Counted from the first letter of the stretch, positions 16,152-26,054 are shown. The stretch: DNA of 64,000 nucleotides from Austwickia sp. (GCA_039812465.1 JBDIAS010000001.1:16206-80205); one strand, 5' to 3'. Notes: generated from the letters alone by a model not told the origin. Numbers and translations: made by a program.

Positions 16152-18452
16152 CTACACGCTCTTCCCGGACTCTGGAGCGTCCTTCGAGTCCTTGGTGTCT
16201 TTAGCGTCCTTGGTGTCCTTGGTGTCCCGGGGAGAGTGTTCGGAGCCGCCGACGCGGGCTCCCGGAAGGTCCGCGGACGCCGCGTGTTCGGCAGCCGCCG
16301 TGTCCGCCTCGTCCTCCGGCTCGGGCGCGCTGGTGCTCTGCAGGACCAGCACCGAGCGGCCCTCGACCGGCACGATGTCGCCGGGGGAGAGCAGCTCGTC
16401 GTCGCGGTCGGGCAGTCCGGTGGACAGCGCCGTGTTGATCGCGACGCGCCACCGGCTGGTGAAGTCCTCGACGGGGTCGGGGATCGTGAAGTCCACGGAC
16501 TCGTAGTGGGCGTTGAACATGAGGATGAAGTCGTCGTCCACGACGCGGCGCCCCAGCGAATCGGGGGCGTGGATCCCGTCGCCGTTGAGGAAGACGGCCA
16601 GGGTCCGGGCGAACCCGGCCGCCCAGTCCTCCTCCTCCATCTCCTCGCCGTCGACCGCGATCCACACGATGTCGCGCAGCTCGGACTCGCCGCCGTGGTC
16701 GGCGCTCCCCTTGAAGAAGCGGCGCCGGCGAAAGACGGGGTGCTGCATCCGCAGGGCGATCAGCGCGGAGGTGAAGTCCAGCATGTGCTGCTGGTCGCGG
16801 GTGAGCTCCCAGTCGATCCAGGAGAGCTCGTTGTCCTGGCAGTAGACGTTGTTGTTGCCGTCCTGGGAGCGGCCCAGCTCGTCGCCGTGCGCCAGCATCG
16901 GCACGCCCTGGCTGAGCATGAGCGTGGTCAGCATGTTGCGGGCCTGGCGGCGGCGGAGGGCCCGGATGTCGACGTCGTCGGTGGGCCCCTCGGCGCCGCA
17001 GTTCCAGGAGCGGTTGTGCGACTCGCCGTCGCCGCCGCCCTCCCCGTTGGCCTCGTTGTGCTTCTCGTTGTAGGACACCAGGTCCCGCAGGGTGAACCCG
17101 TCGTGGGCCACGATGAAGTTGATCGACGCGATCGGGCGGCGCCCGGAGTGCTCGTACAAGTCCGACGACCCGGTGAGCCGGGAGGCGAACTCGGACAGCG
17201 TCGCGTCCTCACCGCGCCAGTAATCGCGCACGGTGTCGCGGTACTTGCCGTTCCACTCCGTCCACAGCGGCGGGAAGTTGCCGACCTGGTAGCCGCCGTC
17301 GCCGAGGTCCCAGGGCTCCGCGATGAGCTTGACCTGGCTGATGATCGGATCCTGCTGGATCAGATCGAAGAACGCGCTCAGCTTGTCGACCTCGTGGAAC
17401 TGGCGGGCCAGGGTCGCGGCGAGGTCGAACCGGAAGCCGTCGACGTGCATCTCCGTGACCCAGTACCGCAGCGAGTCCATGATCAGCTGGAGGACGTGCG
17501 GGTTGCGCATCAGGAGGCTGTTGCCGGTCCCGGTGGTGTCGTAGTAGTGCTCCTTGGCGTCGTCGACGAGTCGGTAATAGGCCGCGTTGTCGATGCCGCG
17601 GAAGCACAGGGTGGGGCCCATCTCGTTGCCCTCGGCCGTGTGGTTGTAGACCACGTCGAGGATGACCTCGATGTCCGCGTCGTGCAGGGCCTTGACCATC
17701 GCCTTGAACTCCGTCACCTGCTGCCCGAGCGTGCCGGTGGAGGCGTACTCGTTGTGCGGGGCGAGGAAGCCGATCGTGTTGTAGCCCCAGTAGTTGCGCA
17801 GCCCCTTCTCCAACAGGTGGCTGTCCTGGACGAACTGGTGGACCGGCAGCAGCTCGATCGCGGTGACCCCGAGGGACTTGAGGTGGGCGATGATCGACGG
17901 GTGGGCGATCGCGGCGTACGTCCCGCGCGTCTGCTCGGGGACGTCGGGGTGGCGCATCGTGAGGCCCTTCACATGGGCCTCGTAGATCACCGACTCGTGG
18001 TACTCGTGCCGCGGCGGACGCTCGTGTCCCCAGTCGAAGAAGGGGTTGACCACGACCGAGACCATGGTGTGCCCGAGCGAGTCGTCGTCATTGAACTCGT
18101 TCTGCGCGTCGAAGCGGTAGGAGAACAGGGACTCGTCCCCGGCGCTCTCCCCGTGGATCGCCTTCGCGTACGGATCCAGGAGCAGCTTGGAAGGGTTGCA
18201 GCGGTGCCCGTGCGCCGGGTCGTACGGTCCGTGGACGCGAAACCCGTAGCGCTGACCCGGTTGCAGGGCGGGCACGTAACCGTGCCACACGTAGCCGTCC
18301 ACCTCGGTGAGCTCGACGCGTTCCTCCGCGCCGTCCTCGTCGATCAGGCAGAGCTCGACGCGCTCGGCCACCTCTGAGAAGAGCGCGAAGTTGACGCCGG
18401 TCCCGTCATAGGTGGCGCCGAGCGGATAGGGCCGTCCCGGCCAGATGTCCAT
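16152..18452 (-). CDS. glgX: Glycogen debranching enzyme
   Basis: Starts MDIWPGRPYPLGATYDGTGVNFALFS. GH13 motifs DVVYNHT, GFRFDLA, EPWD and FIVAHDGF. C-terminal KDTKD low-complexity tail. Confidence 0.9.
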   Translation of the reverse strand: MDIWPGRPYPLGATYDGTGVNFALFSEVAERVELCLIDEDGAEERVELTEVDGYVWHGYVPALQPGQRYGFRVHGPYDPAHGHRCNPSKLLLDPYAKAIHGESAGDESLFSYRFDAQNEFNDDDSLGHTMVSVVVNPFFDWGHERPPRHEYHESVIYEAHVKGLTMRHPDVPEQTRGTYAAIAHPSIIAHLKSLGVTAIELLPVHQFVQDSHLLEKGLRNYWGYNTIGFLAPHNEYASTGTLGQQVTEFKAMVKALHDADIEVILDVVYNHTAEGNEMGPTLCFRGIDNAAYYRLVDDAKEHYYDTTGTGNSLLMRNPHVLQLIMDSLRYWVTEMHVDGFRFDLAATLARQFHEVDKLSAFFDLIQQDPIISQVKLIAEPWDLGDGGYQVGNFPPLWTEWNGKYRDTVRDYWRGEDATLSEFASRLTGSSDLYEHSGRRPIASINFIVAHDGFTLRDLVSYNEKHNEANGEGGGDGESHNRSWNCGAEGPTDDVDIRALRRRQARNMLTTLMLSQGVPMLAHGDELGRSQDGNNNVYCQDNELSWIDWELTRDQQHMLDFTSALIALRMQHPVFRRRRFFKGSADHGGESELRDIVWIAVDGEEMEEEDWAAGFARTLAVFLNGDGIHAPDSLGRRVVDDDFILMFNAHYESVDFTIPDPVEDFTSRWRVAINTALSTGLPDRDDELLSPGDIVPVEGRSVLVLQSTSAPEPEDEADTAAAEHAASADLPGARVGGSEHSPRDTKDTKDAKDTKDSKDAPESGKSV

Positions 18453-18707
18453 GGGCAATCGCCTTTCTCGATGCTGGCGCCCGAGGTCGTGCGCGGCCTC
18501 GGGCGCTGTCGCGGCGCCGCCCTCCGCGCCCGCGGGCGAGCCGAACTCGTCGCGCCAGGAGGGATGCGCCGCGACCATACTGGCAGCACCGACCGACCGT
18601 TTTTTCGTCGGGGCGCGACCCCTGCTGAAGGGGTCGTCGCGAGTTGGACGAGGGGCGACGAATCCGTTAAGGTCGTGGGGCACGCCGGGGTTCCTCGGCA
18701 AGAGCAG

Positions 18708-18780
18708 GCGGACATAGCTCAGTTGGTAGAGCATCACCTTGCCAAGGTGAGGGTCGCGAGTTCGAGTCTCGTTGTCCGCT
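18708..18780 (+). tRNA. tRNA-Gly (GCC)
   Basis: Cloverleaf folded by eye: acceptor GCGGACA/TGTCCGC, anticodon loop TTGCCAA, T-loop TTCGAGT. Confidence 0.9.
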
Positions 18781-18826
18781 CGGTAGGCCTCTCGCAGGTC
18801 TGTCAGGAGGGTCCCGGAGCCCTCAC

Positions 18827-18900
18827 GGTGGAGTGGCCGAGAGGCGAGGCAACGGCCTGCAAAGCCGTGTACACGGGTTCAAATCCCGTCTCCACCTCCA
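18827..18900 (+). tRNA. tRNA-Cys (GCA), CCA encoded
   Basis: Acceptor GGTGGAG/CTCCACC, anticodon loop CTGCAAA, T-loop TTCAAAT, discriminator U, then CCA. Confidence 0.9.
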
Positions 18901-18907
18901 CCCTCAT

Positions 18908-18984
18908 GGGCGATTGGCGCAGGTGGCTAGCGCGCTTCCTTGACACGGAAGAGGTCACAGGTTCAAGTCCTGTATCGCCCACCA
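18908..18984 (+). tRNA. tRNA-Val (GAC), CCA encoded
   Basis: Acceptor GGGCGAT/ATCGCCC, anticodon loop TTGACAC, T-loop TTCAAGT, then ACCA. Confidence 0.9.
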
Positions 18985-18988
18985 TCGA

Positions 18989-19031
18989 GAACGGCCCCTG
19001 ACCAGCGGAGACGCTGAGTCAGGGGCCGTTC
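18989..19031. terminator. 14-bp perfect-stem hairpin between the tRNA cluster and the convergent GH13 gene
   Basis: GAACGGCCCCTGAC-(15 nt)-GTCAGGGGCCGTTC. Followed by the direct repeat GGGGCCGTT(C/T)TCGTGCG x2. Confidence 0.6.
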
Positions 19032-19064
19032 TCGTGCGGGGCCGTTTTCGTGCGCGGGGAGGGC

Positions 19065-20837
19065 TTAGGCCGCCCGAGAGTAGATCAACACCGTGTACGG
19101 CGCGATCGACAGGCTGATGTGCGCGTCGAGGTCGTCCTCGGACTGCGGGTGCGCGTCCATGTCGTACGCTTCCTCGCCAGCGAAATCCTCACTGTACGAC
19201 TGAGAGTCGGAGTTCAGGCGCAGGATCCAGCGACCGGCGTGCGGCATCCCGATCCGGTAGTGCTCGTAGGAGACGCTGGACAGGTTGACCACGACGACGG
19301 TGTCGTCGTCGGGCCCGCCGTCGGCCCACCGATGGAACGCGAGGACGTTGTTCTCCTCGTCGGCGTGGAAGACGTTGACGTGCTGGCCGGTCAGGCCCTT
19401 CGTCGTGCCGTCGAGGTTGCGCCGGAGCCGGATCAGGTCCCGGTAGAGGCGGACCACGCCGCGGTACTCCCGGTTCTGATCCCAGTCCAGCGGGACGTCG
19501 TCACGGAACCACCCGCCCTGCAGGAACTCCTGCCCCTGGAAGAGCATCGGGATGCCCGGTGACGTCAGCGCCAGCGCGGCACCGGCCGTCGAGCGCTTCT
19601 GCGCGTACCAGCCAGTGGGGTCGCCCTCGTCGATCTCGTGCGGCACCCGGGCCTGGCCGTTGGCGACCTCGTCGTGGGACTCGGTGTAGACGACCCGCTG
19701 GAACGCGTCCCCGTTGTAGATGGTCTCGACCGCTTCCCGGATCGAGGCCATGGACCGCCACGCATCCTCTGAGGCGATGACCGCCTCCCGCACGGGATGG
19801 ACGAACGCGCCGTCCCACTGGGCGTGAAAGGCGGCCCCGTGGTCCTCGACCTGGGTGATGGTCGGGTTGCGATGCATGTCCTCGGCGATCGTGATGCGGC
19901 CCGGGAACTGCTCGCGCACCGACAGGTTGATCCATCGCATGAGGTCCCAGCCCTCGGCGAGGTCGCGACCGGTGGCGTCGACGCTGCGGATGTAGGGCGT
20001 CATGTCGTAGCGCAGGCCGTCGAGGTGGTAGTCGTGCAGCCACATCATCGCGTTGCTGTGGATGAACCGCCGCACCTCCTCTCGGCCGTAGTCCGGCCGG
20101 GTGTCCCCCCAGGGTGTATTGGCTCGGTGGTCGTTGTAGAAGTAGATCCCGCCGAGGTCGTTCTCGCTCCACCCGTCGAAGCGCCACAGGTCCAGGTCGG
20201 AGGGTCCGAAGTGGTTGTAGACGACGTCCTGGATGACGGCGAGGCCGCGGGAGTGCGCCTCGCGTACGAACGTCTTCAGGGCGTCCGGCCCGCCGTAGCC
20301 CGACTCCACGGCGAAGATGTGCGCGGGGTTGTAGCCCCACGACAGGTCCCCGGCGAACTCGGCGAGCGGCATGAGCTGGACCGCGTTGACGCCCAGCTTC
20401 AGCAGGTGGTCGAGCTTCTCCAACGCGAGCTCGAGCGTGCCGACCTCGTCGTCCCGCCGGCGGTAGAACGAGCCCACGTGCATCTCGTAGATGACCAGCT
20501 CGTGGTGGTGGGGGATCGCGAAGTCGTCACCCTGCCAGTCGAAAGCGCCGTGATCGTAGATGACGCCGTTCCCGACGGAGCTGGTGACCTGCAAGGCGTA
20601 CGGGTCGATCCGATGCAGCAGCTGCTCGCCGTTCTTGAGGACGAACTTGTACTCCTGCCCCGGTGCTGCCTTGGAGACCTCGCCGTACCAGTGACCGTTG
20701 CCCTCGCTCGCCAGCTCGTCCGCCGTATCCGACCAGGCGTTGAAATCGCCGGTCACCCACACCCGCTCGGCGTGCGGCGCCCACACCCGGAAGGCGACTC
20801 CTCCTGAGAAGGGGATCGCTCCCATGCCTTCGACCAC
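19065..20837 (-). CDS. GH13 alpha-amylase-family enzyme, short 1,4-alpha-glucan branching-enzyme-like (CBM48 + catalytic domain)
   Basis: FRVWAP...V.GDFNAW (CBM48), YEMHVGSF, DVVYNHFGP, LDGLRYD, AEDMH and YTESHD. GTG 20837 follows GAAGGGAG. Alternative ATG at 20825. Confidence 0.8.
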   Translation of the reverse strand: MVEGMGAIPFSGGVAFRVWAPHAERVWVTGDFNAWSDTADELASEGNGHWYGEVSKAAPGQEYKFVLKNGEQLLHRIDPYALQVTSSVGNGVIYDHGAFDWQGDDFAIPHHHELVIYEMHVGSFYRRRDDEVGTLELALEKLDHLLKLGVNAVQLMPLAEFAGDLSWGYNPAHIFAVESGYGGPDALKTFVREAHSRGLAVIQDVVYNHFGPSDLDLWRFDGWSENDLGGIYFYNDHRANTPWGDTRPDYGREEVRRFIHSNAMMWLHDYHLDGLRYDMTPYIRSVDATGRDLAEGWDLMRWINLSVREQFPGRITIAEDMHRNPTITQVEDHGAAFHAQWDGAFVHPVREAVIASEDAWRSMASIREAVETIYNGDAFQRVVYTESHDEVANGQARVPHEIDEGDPTGWYAQKRSTAGAALALTSPGIPMLFQGQEFLQGGWFRDDVPLDWDQNREYRGVVRLYRDLIRLRRNLDGTTKGLTGQHVNVFHADEENNVLAFHRWADGGPDDDTVVVVNLSSVSYEHYRIGMPHAGRWILRLNSDSQSYSEDFAGEEAYDMDAHPQSEDDLDAHISLSIAPYTVLIYSRAA

Positions 20838-21057
20838 GTCGAACTCCCTTCGATCCCGGCCCACCGACGACGGGTGGGGCGCGACGAACGCTACCGGCCC
20901 CGAATGGTCCCGTACGTCGCCTTCGCGCGAATGGCCTCGTACGCCGCCTTCGGGCGGAGCCGCCATCAGCGCGACCCGAGGGCGAACGGCGCGGGTCGAC
21001 CGCGATGAACGCGCGTCCAGGCGGTTGACTTTGGCAGCCTCGACCCTAGAGTTATCT

Positions 21058-21076
21058 ACCAAATGTTCGTTCGGTA
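21058..21076. promoter_or_regulatory. PaaR-operator-like half site (reverse complement TACCGAACGAACATTTGGT), 33 bp upstream of paaG
   Basis: Shares ACCGAACG with the palindromic sites at 29822, 32846, 36743 and 41637. Confidence 0.4.
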
Positions 21077-21108
21077 TCCGGTCGTGGGCCGGACGCGAGG
21101 AGGACCGC

Positions 21109-21897
21109 ATGGAGCAGCTGCGTGTCGAGCGGGACGGCGGCGTTCTCACCGTCACCTTGAATGCCCCCGACAAGGGCAACGCCCTCAACGAACCGCTCAA
21201 GGTGGCCTTGCGAGACACGCTGGCTGACGCCGCTTCGGACTCCTCGGTGCGCGCGCTGGTCCTGACCGGCAACGGCAAGACGTTCTGCGTGGGGCAGGAC
21301 CTCGCCGAGCACGCTGCGGCGCTCGAGAAGGGCGGCCCGGAGCTGGCCTTCGCGACGGTGGGGGAGCACTACAACCCGATCGTCACCTCCCTGGCGACGA
21401 TGCCCAAGCCGGTCATCGCCGCCATCAACGGCACGTGCGTGGGGGCGGGGCTCGGCTTCGCGCTGGCGTGCGACATCCGGATCGCCGCGCAGGAGGCCAA
21501 GTTCGGGACCGCCTTCAGCGGTATTGGGCTCACCGGCGACTCGGGGCTCTCGGCGACGCTCGCGCGCGCCGTCGGGATGGCGCGGGCCAGCGAGCTGCTC
21601 ATGCTCGCCCCCACCTTCGACGCGGCGCAGGCGCTCGACTGGGGCCTCGTCGGCACCGTCGTGCCCGCAGCAGATCTGGCTGCCGCCGCGCAGAAGACCG
21701 CGGCCCGCCTCGCCTCAGGTCCGACGGCCGCGTACGCCATGATCAAGCGCTCCCTGCACGGGGCGTGGGGCGTGGACCTCGAAAGCGCCCTCGCCGCGGA
21801 GGGGAAGGGCCAGCTGGAGGTCGGGAGCACCGCCGACCACTCGGGCGCCGTCACGGCGTTCCTCTCCAAGCAGCGCCCGACGTTCACGGGTCGCTGA
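21109..21897 (+). CDS. paaG: 2-(1,2-epoxy-1,2-dihydrophenyl)acetyl-CoA isomerase (crotonase family)
   Basis: By-eye alignment to E. coli PaaG: FCVGQDL, YNPIV, PKPVIAAINGTCVGAG and the C-terminal AFLSKQRPTFTGR. Confidence 0.8.
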   Translation: MEQLRVERDGGVLTVTLNAPDKGNALNEPLKVALRDTLADAASDSSVRALVLTGNGKTFCVGQDLAEHAAALEKGGPELAFATVGEHYNPIVTSLATMPKPVIAAINGTCVGAGLGFALACDIRIAAQEAKFGTAFSGIGLTGDSGLSATLARAVGMARASELLMLAPTFDAAQALDWGLVGTVVPAADLAAAAQKTAARLASGPTAAYAMIKRSLHGAWGVDLESALAAEGKGQLEVGSTADHSGAVTAFLSKQRPTFTGR

Positions 21898-22127
21898 GGT
21901 TCCTCTCACCGATCGCTGTGCCCCGGGGGACCTTTCGCCGAGGCGCCTCAGCGACGGTGCGGGGCTCGGTCGGCCCAGTGGGCCGTCACTGAGCGGGGAC
22001 TCGCACAGGCAGGAAAAGTCCGGCGAGGCTCTCCGAACGGACGTCTCGGTCGTGTTGTCCGTATACTCGACCTCAAGCTCGTGCCTTATCGGGCGCACCG
22101 ACAACCAGATCGGCTGACCTTCAGACC

Positions 22128-22787
22128 ATGACTGTACGCACCGTTCCCGCGCCTCGGACTTCGTCCAAGGCGCGGCGAGGTCGGCCGGGTCATGATCTGG
22201 AGTCCGTGCTCAGCGGGGCCGTCCGGGTGTTCAACGAACGCGGCTATGACGGCACCAGTATGGAGGATCTCTCCCACGAACTGGGCATCACGAAGTCGGC
22301 GATCTATCACCACGTGTCGAGCAAGGAAGAACTGCTCCGCCTGGCGACCGAACGTGCGCTCGACGGGCTGTTCGCCGTGCTGGACGAGGTCTCTGCCCTC
22401 GACGGCACCGCGTTCCACCGCCTCGAAGAGCTCGTGCGGCGCAGCGTGCTGCTCCTCGTCGACGAGCTTCCGTTCGTCACGCTGCTCCTGCGGGTCCGGG
22501 GCAATACCCCGGTGGAGCGCCAGGCGCTGACCCGCCGCCGCCGGTTCGACACGTTGGTGACCGGGCTGGTCACCCAGGCGCGGGACGAAGGCACTCTGCG
22601 CGCCGACCTGGAGCCGGCGGTGGCCGCTCGGCTGCTGTTCGGGATGATCAACTCGGTCGTGGAGTGGTACCGGCCCCGTCGCGGCGACAAGCCCGAGGAC
22701 CTGGCCGAAGCGATCCGCCTGGTCGGGTTCAGCGGTCTGCGCCGCTGCGCTGACCCGGTGGCCTCGTGTCACGACATCGCGCTCTGA
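22128..22787 (+). CDS. paaR: TetR/AcrR-family transcriptional regulator, PaaR-like by context
   Basis: N-terminal HTH FNERGYDGTSMEDLSHELGITKSAIYHHVSSKEEL. Embedded in the paa cluster. Confidence 0.75.
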   Translation: MTVRTVPAPRTSSKARRGRPGHDLESVLSGAVRVFNERGYDGTSMEDLSHELGITKSAIYHHVSSKEELLRLATERALDGLFAVLDEVSALDGTAFHRLEELVRRSVLLLVDELPFVTLLLRVRGNTPVERQALTRRRRFDTLVTGLVTQARDEGTLRADLEPAVAARLLFGMINSVVEWYRPRRGDKPEDLAEAIRLVGFSGLRRCADPVASCHDIAL

Positions 22788-22944
22788 CTGACTCGTCGCT
22801 TTCTCACGCGCCGCGCTCTCCCTCCCCTCGCCTCGCACTGCGCTCTGCCGACGGCACGAACCAGCTCTCTCGAACGACATCAGTCTGGAAGACTTCGTCG
22901 ACACCAGATTGGAAGACTTCGTGAGGCCTCGAAGCCCGAACGAC

Positions 22945-22982
22945 GTCCGGCCCCGGCGATGAGCGCACCGCCGAGGCCGGAC
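22945..22982. terminator. 8-bp stem hairpin between convergent paaR and paaN
   Basis: GTCCGGCC-(22 nt)-GGCCGGAC. The large loop makes this a weak call. Confidence 0.3.
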
Positions 22983-22999
22983 TCCCTTCGCCCGCGAAG

Positions 23000-24694
23000 T
23001 CAGTCTCCAGAGGGCGCCGGCACGTGGCGCCGGCTCTGCAGCGTGTTGAACCGCCCGGACACGAAGGCCGGGTCGGACAGCGTGGCCGTGGCCGCCGGGT
23101 TGGCGGGGCTGCCGTGGAAGTCGCTGTAGGCCGCGGACTGGTTCACAAAGACGCCGCCGGTCAGGTTCTCCGACAGGTGAACGCCCGCGTCGAGCGCCGC
23201 CTCACGGGCCTGCTCCAGCACCTGCTCGCTCGTGGAGTACACCGACGCCGTCAGCGCGCCGTGGGCGCTCACCGTGTCGCGCAGGATCTGCAGGCTCTGA
23301 TCGGTGCCATCGGTCTCGATGACGAACGAGATGGGTCCGAACCACTCCCGCGTGTACGTGCCCTCGTCGGCGGCCTTGAGCGCCACGAGCAGCGGCGACC
23401 GGACGACGGCGTCCGCGTGCTGCGGGTGCTCCACGACCTCGGAGGCGCGCACGACCGTTCCGACGCCAGCGGCCTCGTCGATGCGCTCCAGGATGGCCTC
23501 GCTGGAGATGGCGCCGAGGATGCCGGTGGCGCGCTTGATGTCACCGAGGAGCCCGTCGAGCGCCTTGGTCAGGTCCGCGCCGAACTCCTGGGCGCTCTTG
23601 TGGCCCTGGTCCGTCTCGATGCCGGACGCCGGGATCAGCAGGTTCTGCGAGGTCGTGCACATCTGCCCGCTGTACAGCGACAGCGTGAACGCGAGGTTGC
23701 CGAGCATCCCCTTGTAGTTGTCGGTCGAGTCGACGATGACCGTGTTGAGGCCGGCCTTCTCCGCGTACACGTGCGCCTGACGCGCGTTGTCCTCGATCCA
23801 GTCACCGAACTGCGTCGACCCGGTGTAGTCGATGATCCGCACGTCCGGGTTCGTGGCGAGCTTGCCCGCGATGGGCTCGCCCGGCATGTCCGGAGTCATG
23901 AGGACGGTGTTGGGGTCGAACCCGGCCTCGGCGAGCACCTCCCGGGCGATCCGCACGGTGATGGCCACCGGGAGGATCGACAGCGGGTGCGGCTTGATGA
24001 TGACCGGGTTGCCGGTCGCGAGGCTGGCGAACACGCCCGGGTAGGTGTTCCACGTCGGGAACGTCACGCAAGCGATGACGAGGGCCACGCCGCGCCCGAC
24101 CGTGGTGAACGTCTTCTCCATGGTGAGCGGGCCGCCCTTGGGCTGCGGCTTGCTCCAGATGGCCGACTGCCCGTGGAAGTGCTGCTCCTTCCACGCGTAC
24201 GCCACGGCCTCGAGCCCGCGGTCCTGGGCGTGCGGGCCGCCGGCCTGGAAGGCCATCGCGAACGCCTGACCGGTCGTGAACTGCACCGCCTGGGCGATCT
24301 CGAAGCTGGCCTGGTTCAGCCGGACGAGGATCTCCGCGCACACGCCCGCGCGCTCGTCGGCGCTGGCGCGACGCCACGCCGCTCCCGCCTCCTTGGCGGC
24401 GGCGACCGCCTCGTCGGGGCCGAGGTAGGAGTACGTGACGTCGAGAGGAACCCCGTACGGAGACTTCTCGGTCGCGGGAACGGTGCCGGACTCGGGCTGG
24501 CCGAGATCGAACTTGTGGCCGAGCAGGGCCTGGAAGGCGGCGGCGCCCTCCTTGATCCCGTTCTCCGGGTAGCTGGCGTCCTTCGGGTTCTCCGAGAACG
24601 CCGAGAAGTAGCCGCGATCCTGGATGGCCGTCGTGGCCCGCTCGAGGAGCTCGCGATGGCGGGAGAAAAAGTCGGTCTTCGTGGACTCGGGCAT
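23000..24694 (-). CDS. paaN: Phenylacetic acid degradation aldehyde dehydrogenase PaaN (ring-opening; PaaZ ALDH-domain equivalent)
   Basis: 564 aa. N-terminus FFSRHRELLERATTAIQDRGYFSAFSENP is typical of PaaN. ALDH catalytic region SGQMCTTSQNLLIP. Confidence 0.85.
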   Translation of the reverse strand: MPESTKTDFFSRHRELLERATTAIQDRGYFSAFSENPKDASYPENGIKEGAAAFQALLGHKFDLGQPESGTVPATEKSPYGVPLDVTYSYLGPDEAVAAAKEAGAAWRRASADERAGVCAEILVRLNQASFEIAQAVQFTTGQAFAMAFQAGGPHAQDRGLEAVAYAWKEQHFHGQSAIWSKPQPKGGPLTMEKTFTTVGRGVALVIACVTFPTWNTYPGVFASLATGNPVIIKPHPLSILPVAITVRIAREVLAEAGFDPNTVLMTPDMPGEPIAGKLATNPDVRIIDYTGSTQFGDWIEDNARQAHVYAEKAGLNTVIVDSTDNYKGMLGNLAFTLSLYSGQMCTTSQNLLIPASGIETDQGHKSAQEFGADLTKALDGLLGDIKRATGILGAISSEAILERIDEAAGVGTVVRASEVVEHPQHADAVVRSPLLVALKAADEGTYTREWFGPISFVIETDGTDQSLQILRDTVSAHGALTASVYSTSEQVLEQAREAALDAGVHLSENLTGGVFVNQSAAYSDFHGSPANPAATATLSDPAFVSGRFNTLQSRRHVPAPSGD

Positions 24695-24785
24695 TCAACA
24701 CCTCATGTCTGGCAGGGACCAGCCGAGCGAGCGGCCGGGCATGTTCACGGTCGTTGCTGGTTGGCGTACGGGGCGAGGTGCCCCG

Positions 24786-26054
24786 TCACTCGTGGGGGGT
24801 CTCGCCGGGCTGCGGGGTGCCGGGCTGCTCGAGCACCTGGTAGGGCTGCCCGTCATAGGTGACGGTGCCGACCTGGGTGAATCCCGAGTATTCCGCGACG
24901 CGCACCGCGGCGGCGTTCCACTGCGGCACCGTCGTGCGGAGGCGACGGTCCTTCGCCACCTTACGGGCATGCTCGATCGCCGCGCGACCGAGCGAAGCGC
25001 CCCAACCGCGGCCGGCGTACCCGGGGCGAACCCCGATGGAGACGTCCAGCACGGTCGGGTGGCTCGGCGCGCCGGTCACCCGGGCGGCCTCACCGAAGCA
25101 GCAGTGACCCAGCAGGCGGCCATCCGCGTCGACGACGGCGCGGTAGCCCTCGTCCGGCATCTCGGCGCCGTCCTGGACATGCCAGGCACCCGGCGTCGGC
25201 GACATCGCCAGCGCCAGCCCGTCTTCGATCGTGAGCTGGCGGACGTGGAGCGGGCCGACGGGGTCGGCGACCTCGGTGGGTCGCTGGGCGCCCGCTGCCG
25301 CCGGGGCCTCGGACTTGCGCGCGGCCTGACGGTCCAGGAAGCGGGTCATGCGCTCCCGCTTGTCCTCGCTGTCGAAGAGCAAGGCCTGGGCCGCCACGTC
25401 GAACGTGGTGGTGGCGGGCCGGTGCAGGCGCAGGGCCAGCTTCGTGAGCTCGAGCGCGCGCCAGGACTGCTTGCCGATCTTTTCCGCGAGGGCCAGGCCG
25501 GCGTCGAGCAGCTGCCCGGGATCGTGCAGCCCGTCCACCAGACCCGCGTCGGCGGCCGCCTGGGCGTCCAGCGACTCGCCGGTGAATAGCATCCGGCGCG
25601 CCACGGGGAGCCCCGCCACCTGGGCCAGCCGCCAGTTGCCGCCGGCGCCCGCCAAGATGCCGAGGGCCAGCTCGGGCTGGGCGAACCGCGCACGAGGCGT
25701 GGCGAGCCGCAGGTCGCAGGCGAGGGCCAACTCGCAGCCGCCGCCGAGAGCCGGGCCGTCGACGAGCGCGATGGTCGGCCAGCGGTGGGCCTCCAGGCGC
25801 TCGAACAGGCCCGCGTTGATAGCCCGCAGAGCCGCGTCCGCGTCCCGGTCGCGCAACTGCGCGATGTCCGCGCCCGCGGCGAAGACACCGGGGGTCGTGG
25901 AGTAGAGGACGATCACGCACGGCTCGCGAGACGCATCCGTGAGGACCCGGTCGATCTGCTCGACCATCGCCTCGTCCAAGGCGTTGTGCTTATCCGGCCG
26001 GTTGAGGCCCAGCAGGAGGGCAGCGCCGCGCCGTTCAGTGTGTACCAGGGCCAT
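24786..26054 (-). CDS. PaaF-like enoyl-CoA hydratase fused to a C-terminal GNAT N-acetyltransferase domain
   Basis: Residues 1-~250: FAAGADI, GGGCELALACD and FAQPELALGI (crotonase catalytic Glu residues). An Ala/Pro linker follows. The last ~150 aa carry GNAT motif A, VRPGYAGRGWGASLGRAAIEHA. Confidence 0.8.
   Translation of the reverse strand: MALVHTERRGAALLLGLNRPDKHNALDEAMVEQIDRVLTDASREPCVIVLYSTTPGVFAAGADIAQLRDRDADAALRAINAGLFERLEAHRWPTIALVDGPALGGGCELALACDLRLATPRARFAQPELALGILAGAGGNWRLAQVAGLPVARRMLFTGESLDAQAAADAGLVDGLHDPGQLLDAGLALAEKIGKQSWRALELTKLALRLHRPATTTFDVAAQALLFDSEDKRERMTRFLDRQAARKSEAPAAAGAQRPTEVADPVGPLHVRQLTIEDGLALAMSPTPGAWHVQDGAEMPDEGYRAVVDADGRLLGHCCFGEAARVTGAPSHPTVLDVSIGVRPGYAGRGWGASLGRAAIEHARKVAKDRRLRTTVPQWNAAAVRVAEYSGFTQVGTVTYDGQPYQVLEQPGTPQPGETPHE

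Noticed and set aside
18708-18984. tRNA cluster as an integration site or mobile element boundary
   Set aside because: I saw no duplicated tRNA ends around it. Gly-Cys-Val clusters are conserved in actinobacteria, and the flanking genes are glycogen-metabolism housekeeping genes.
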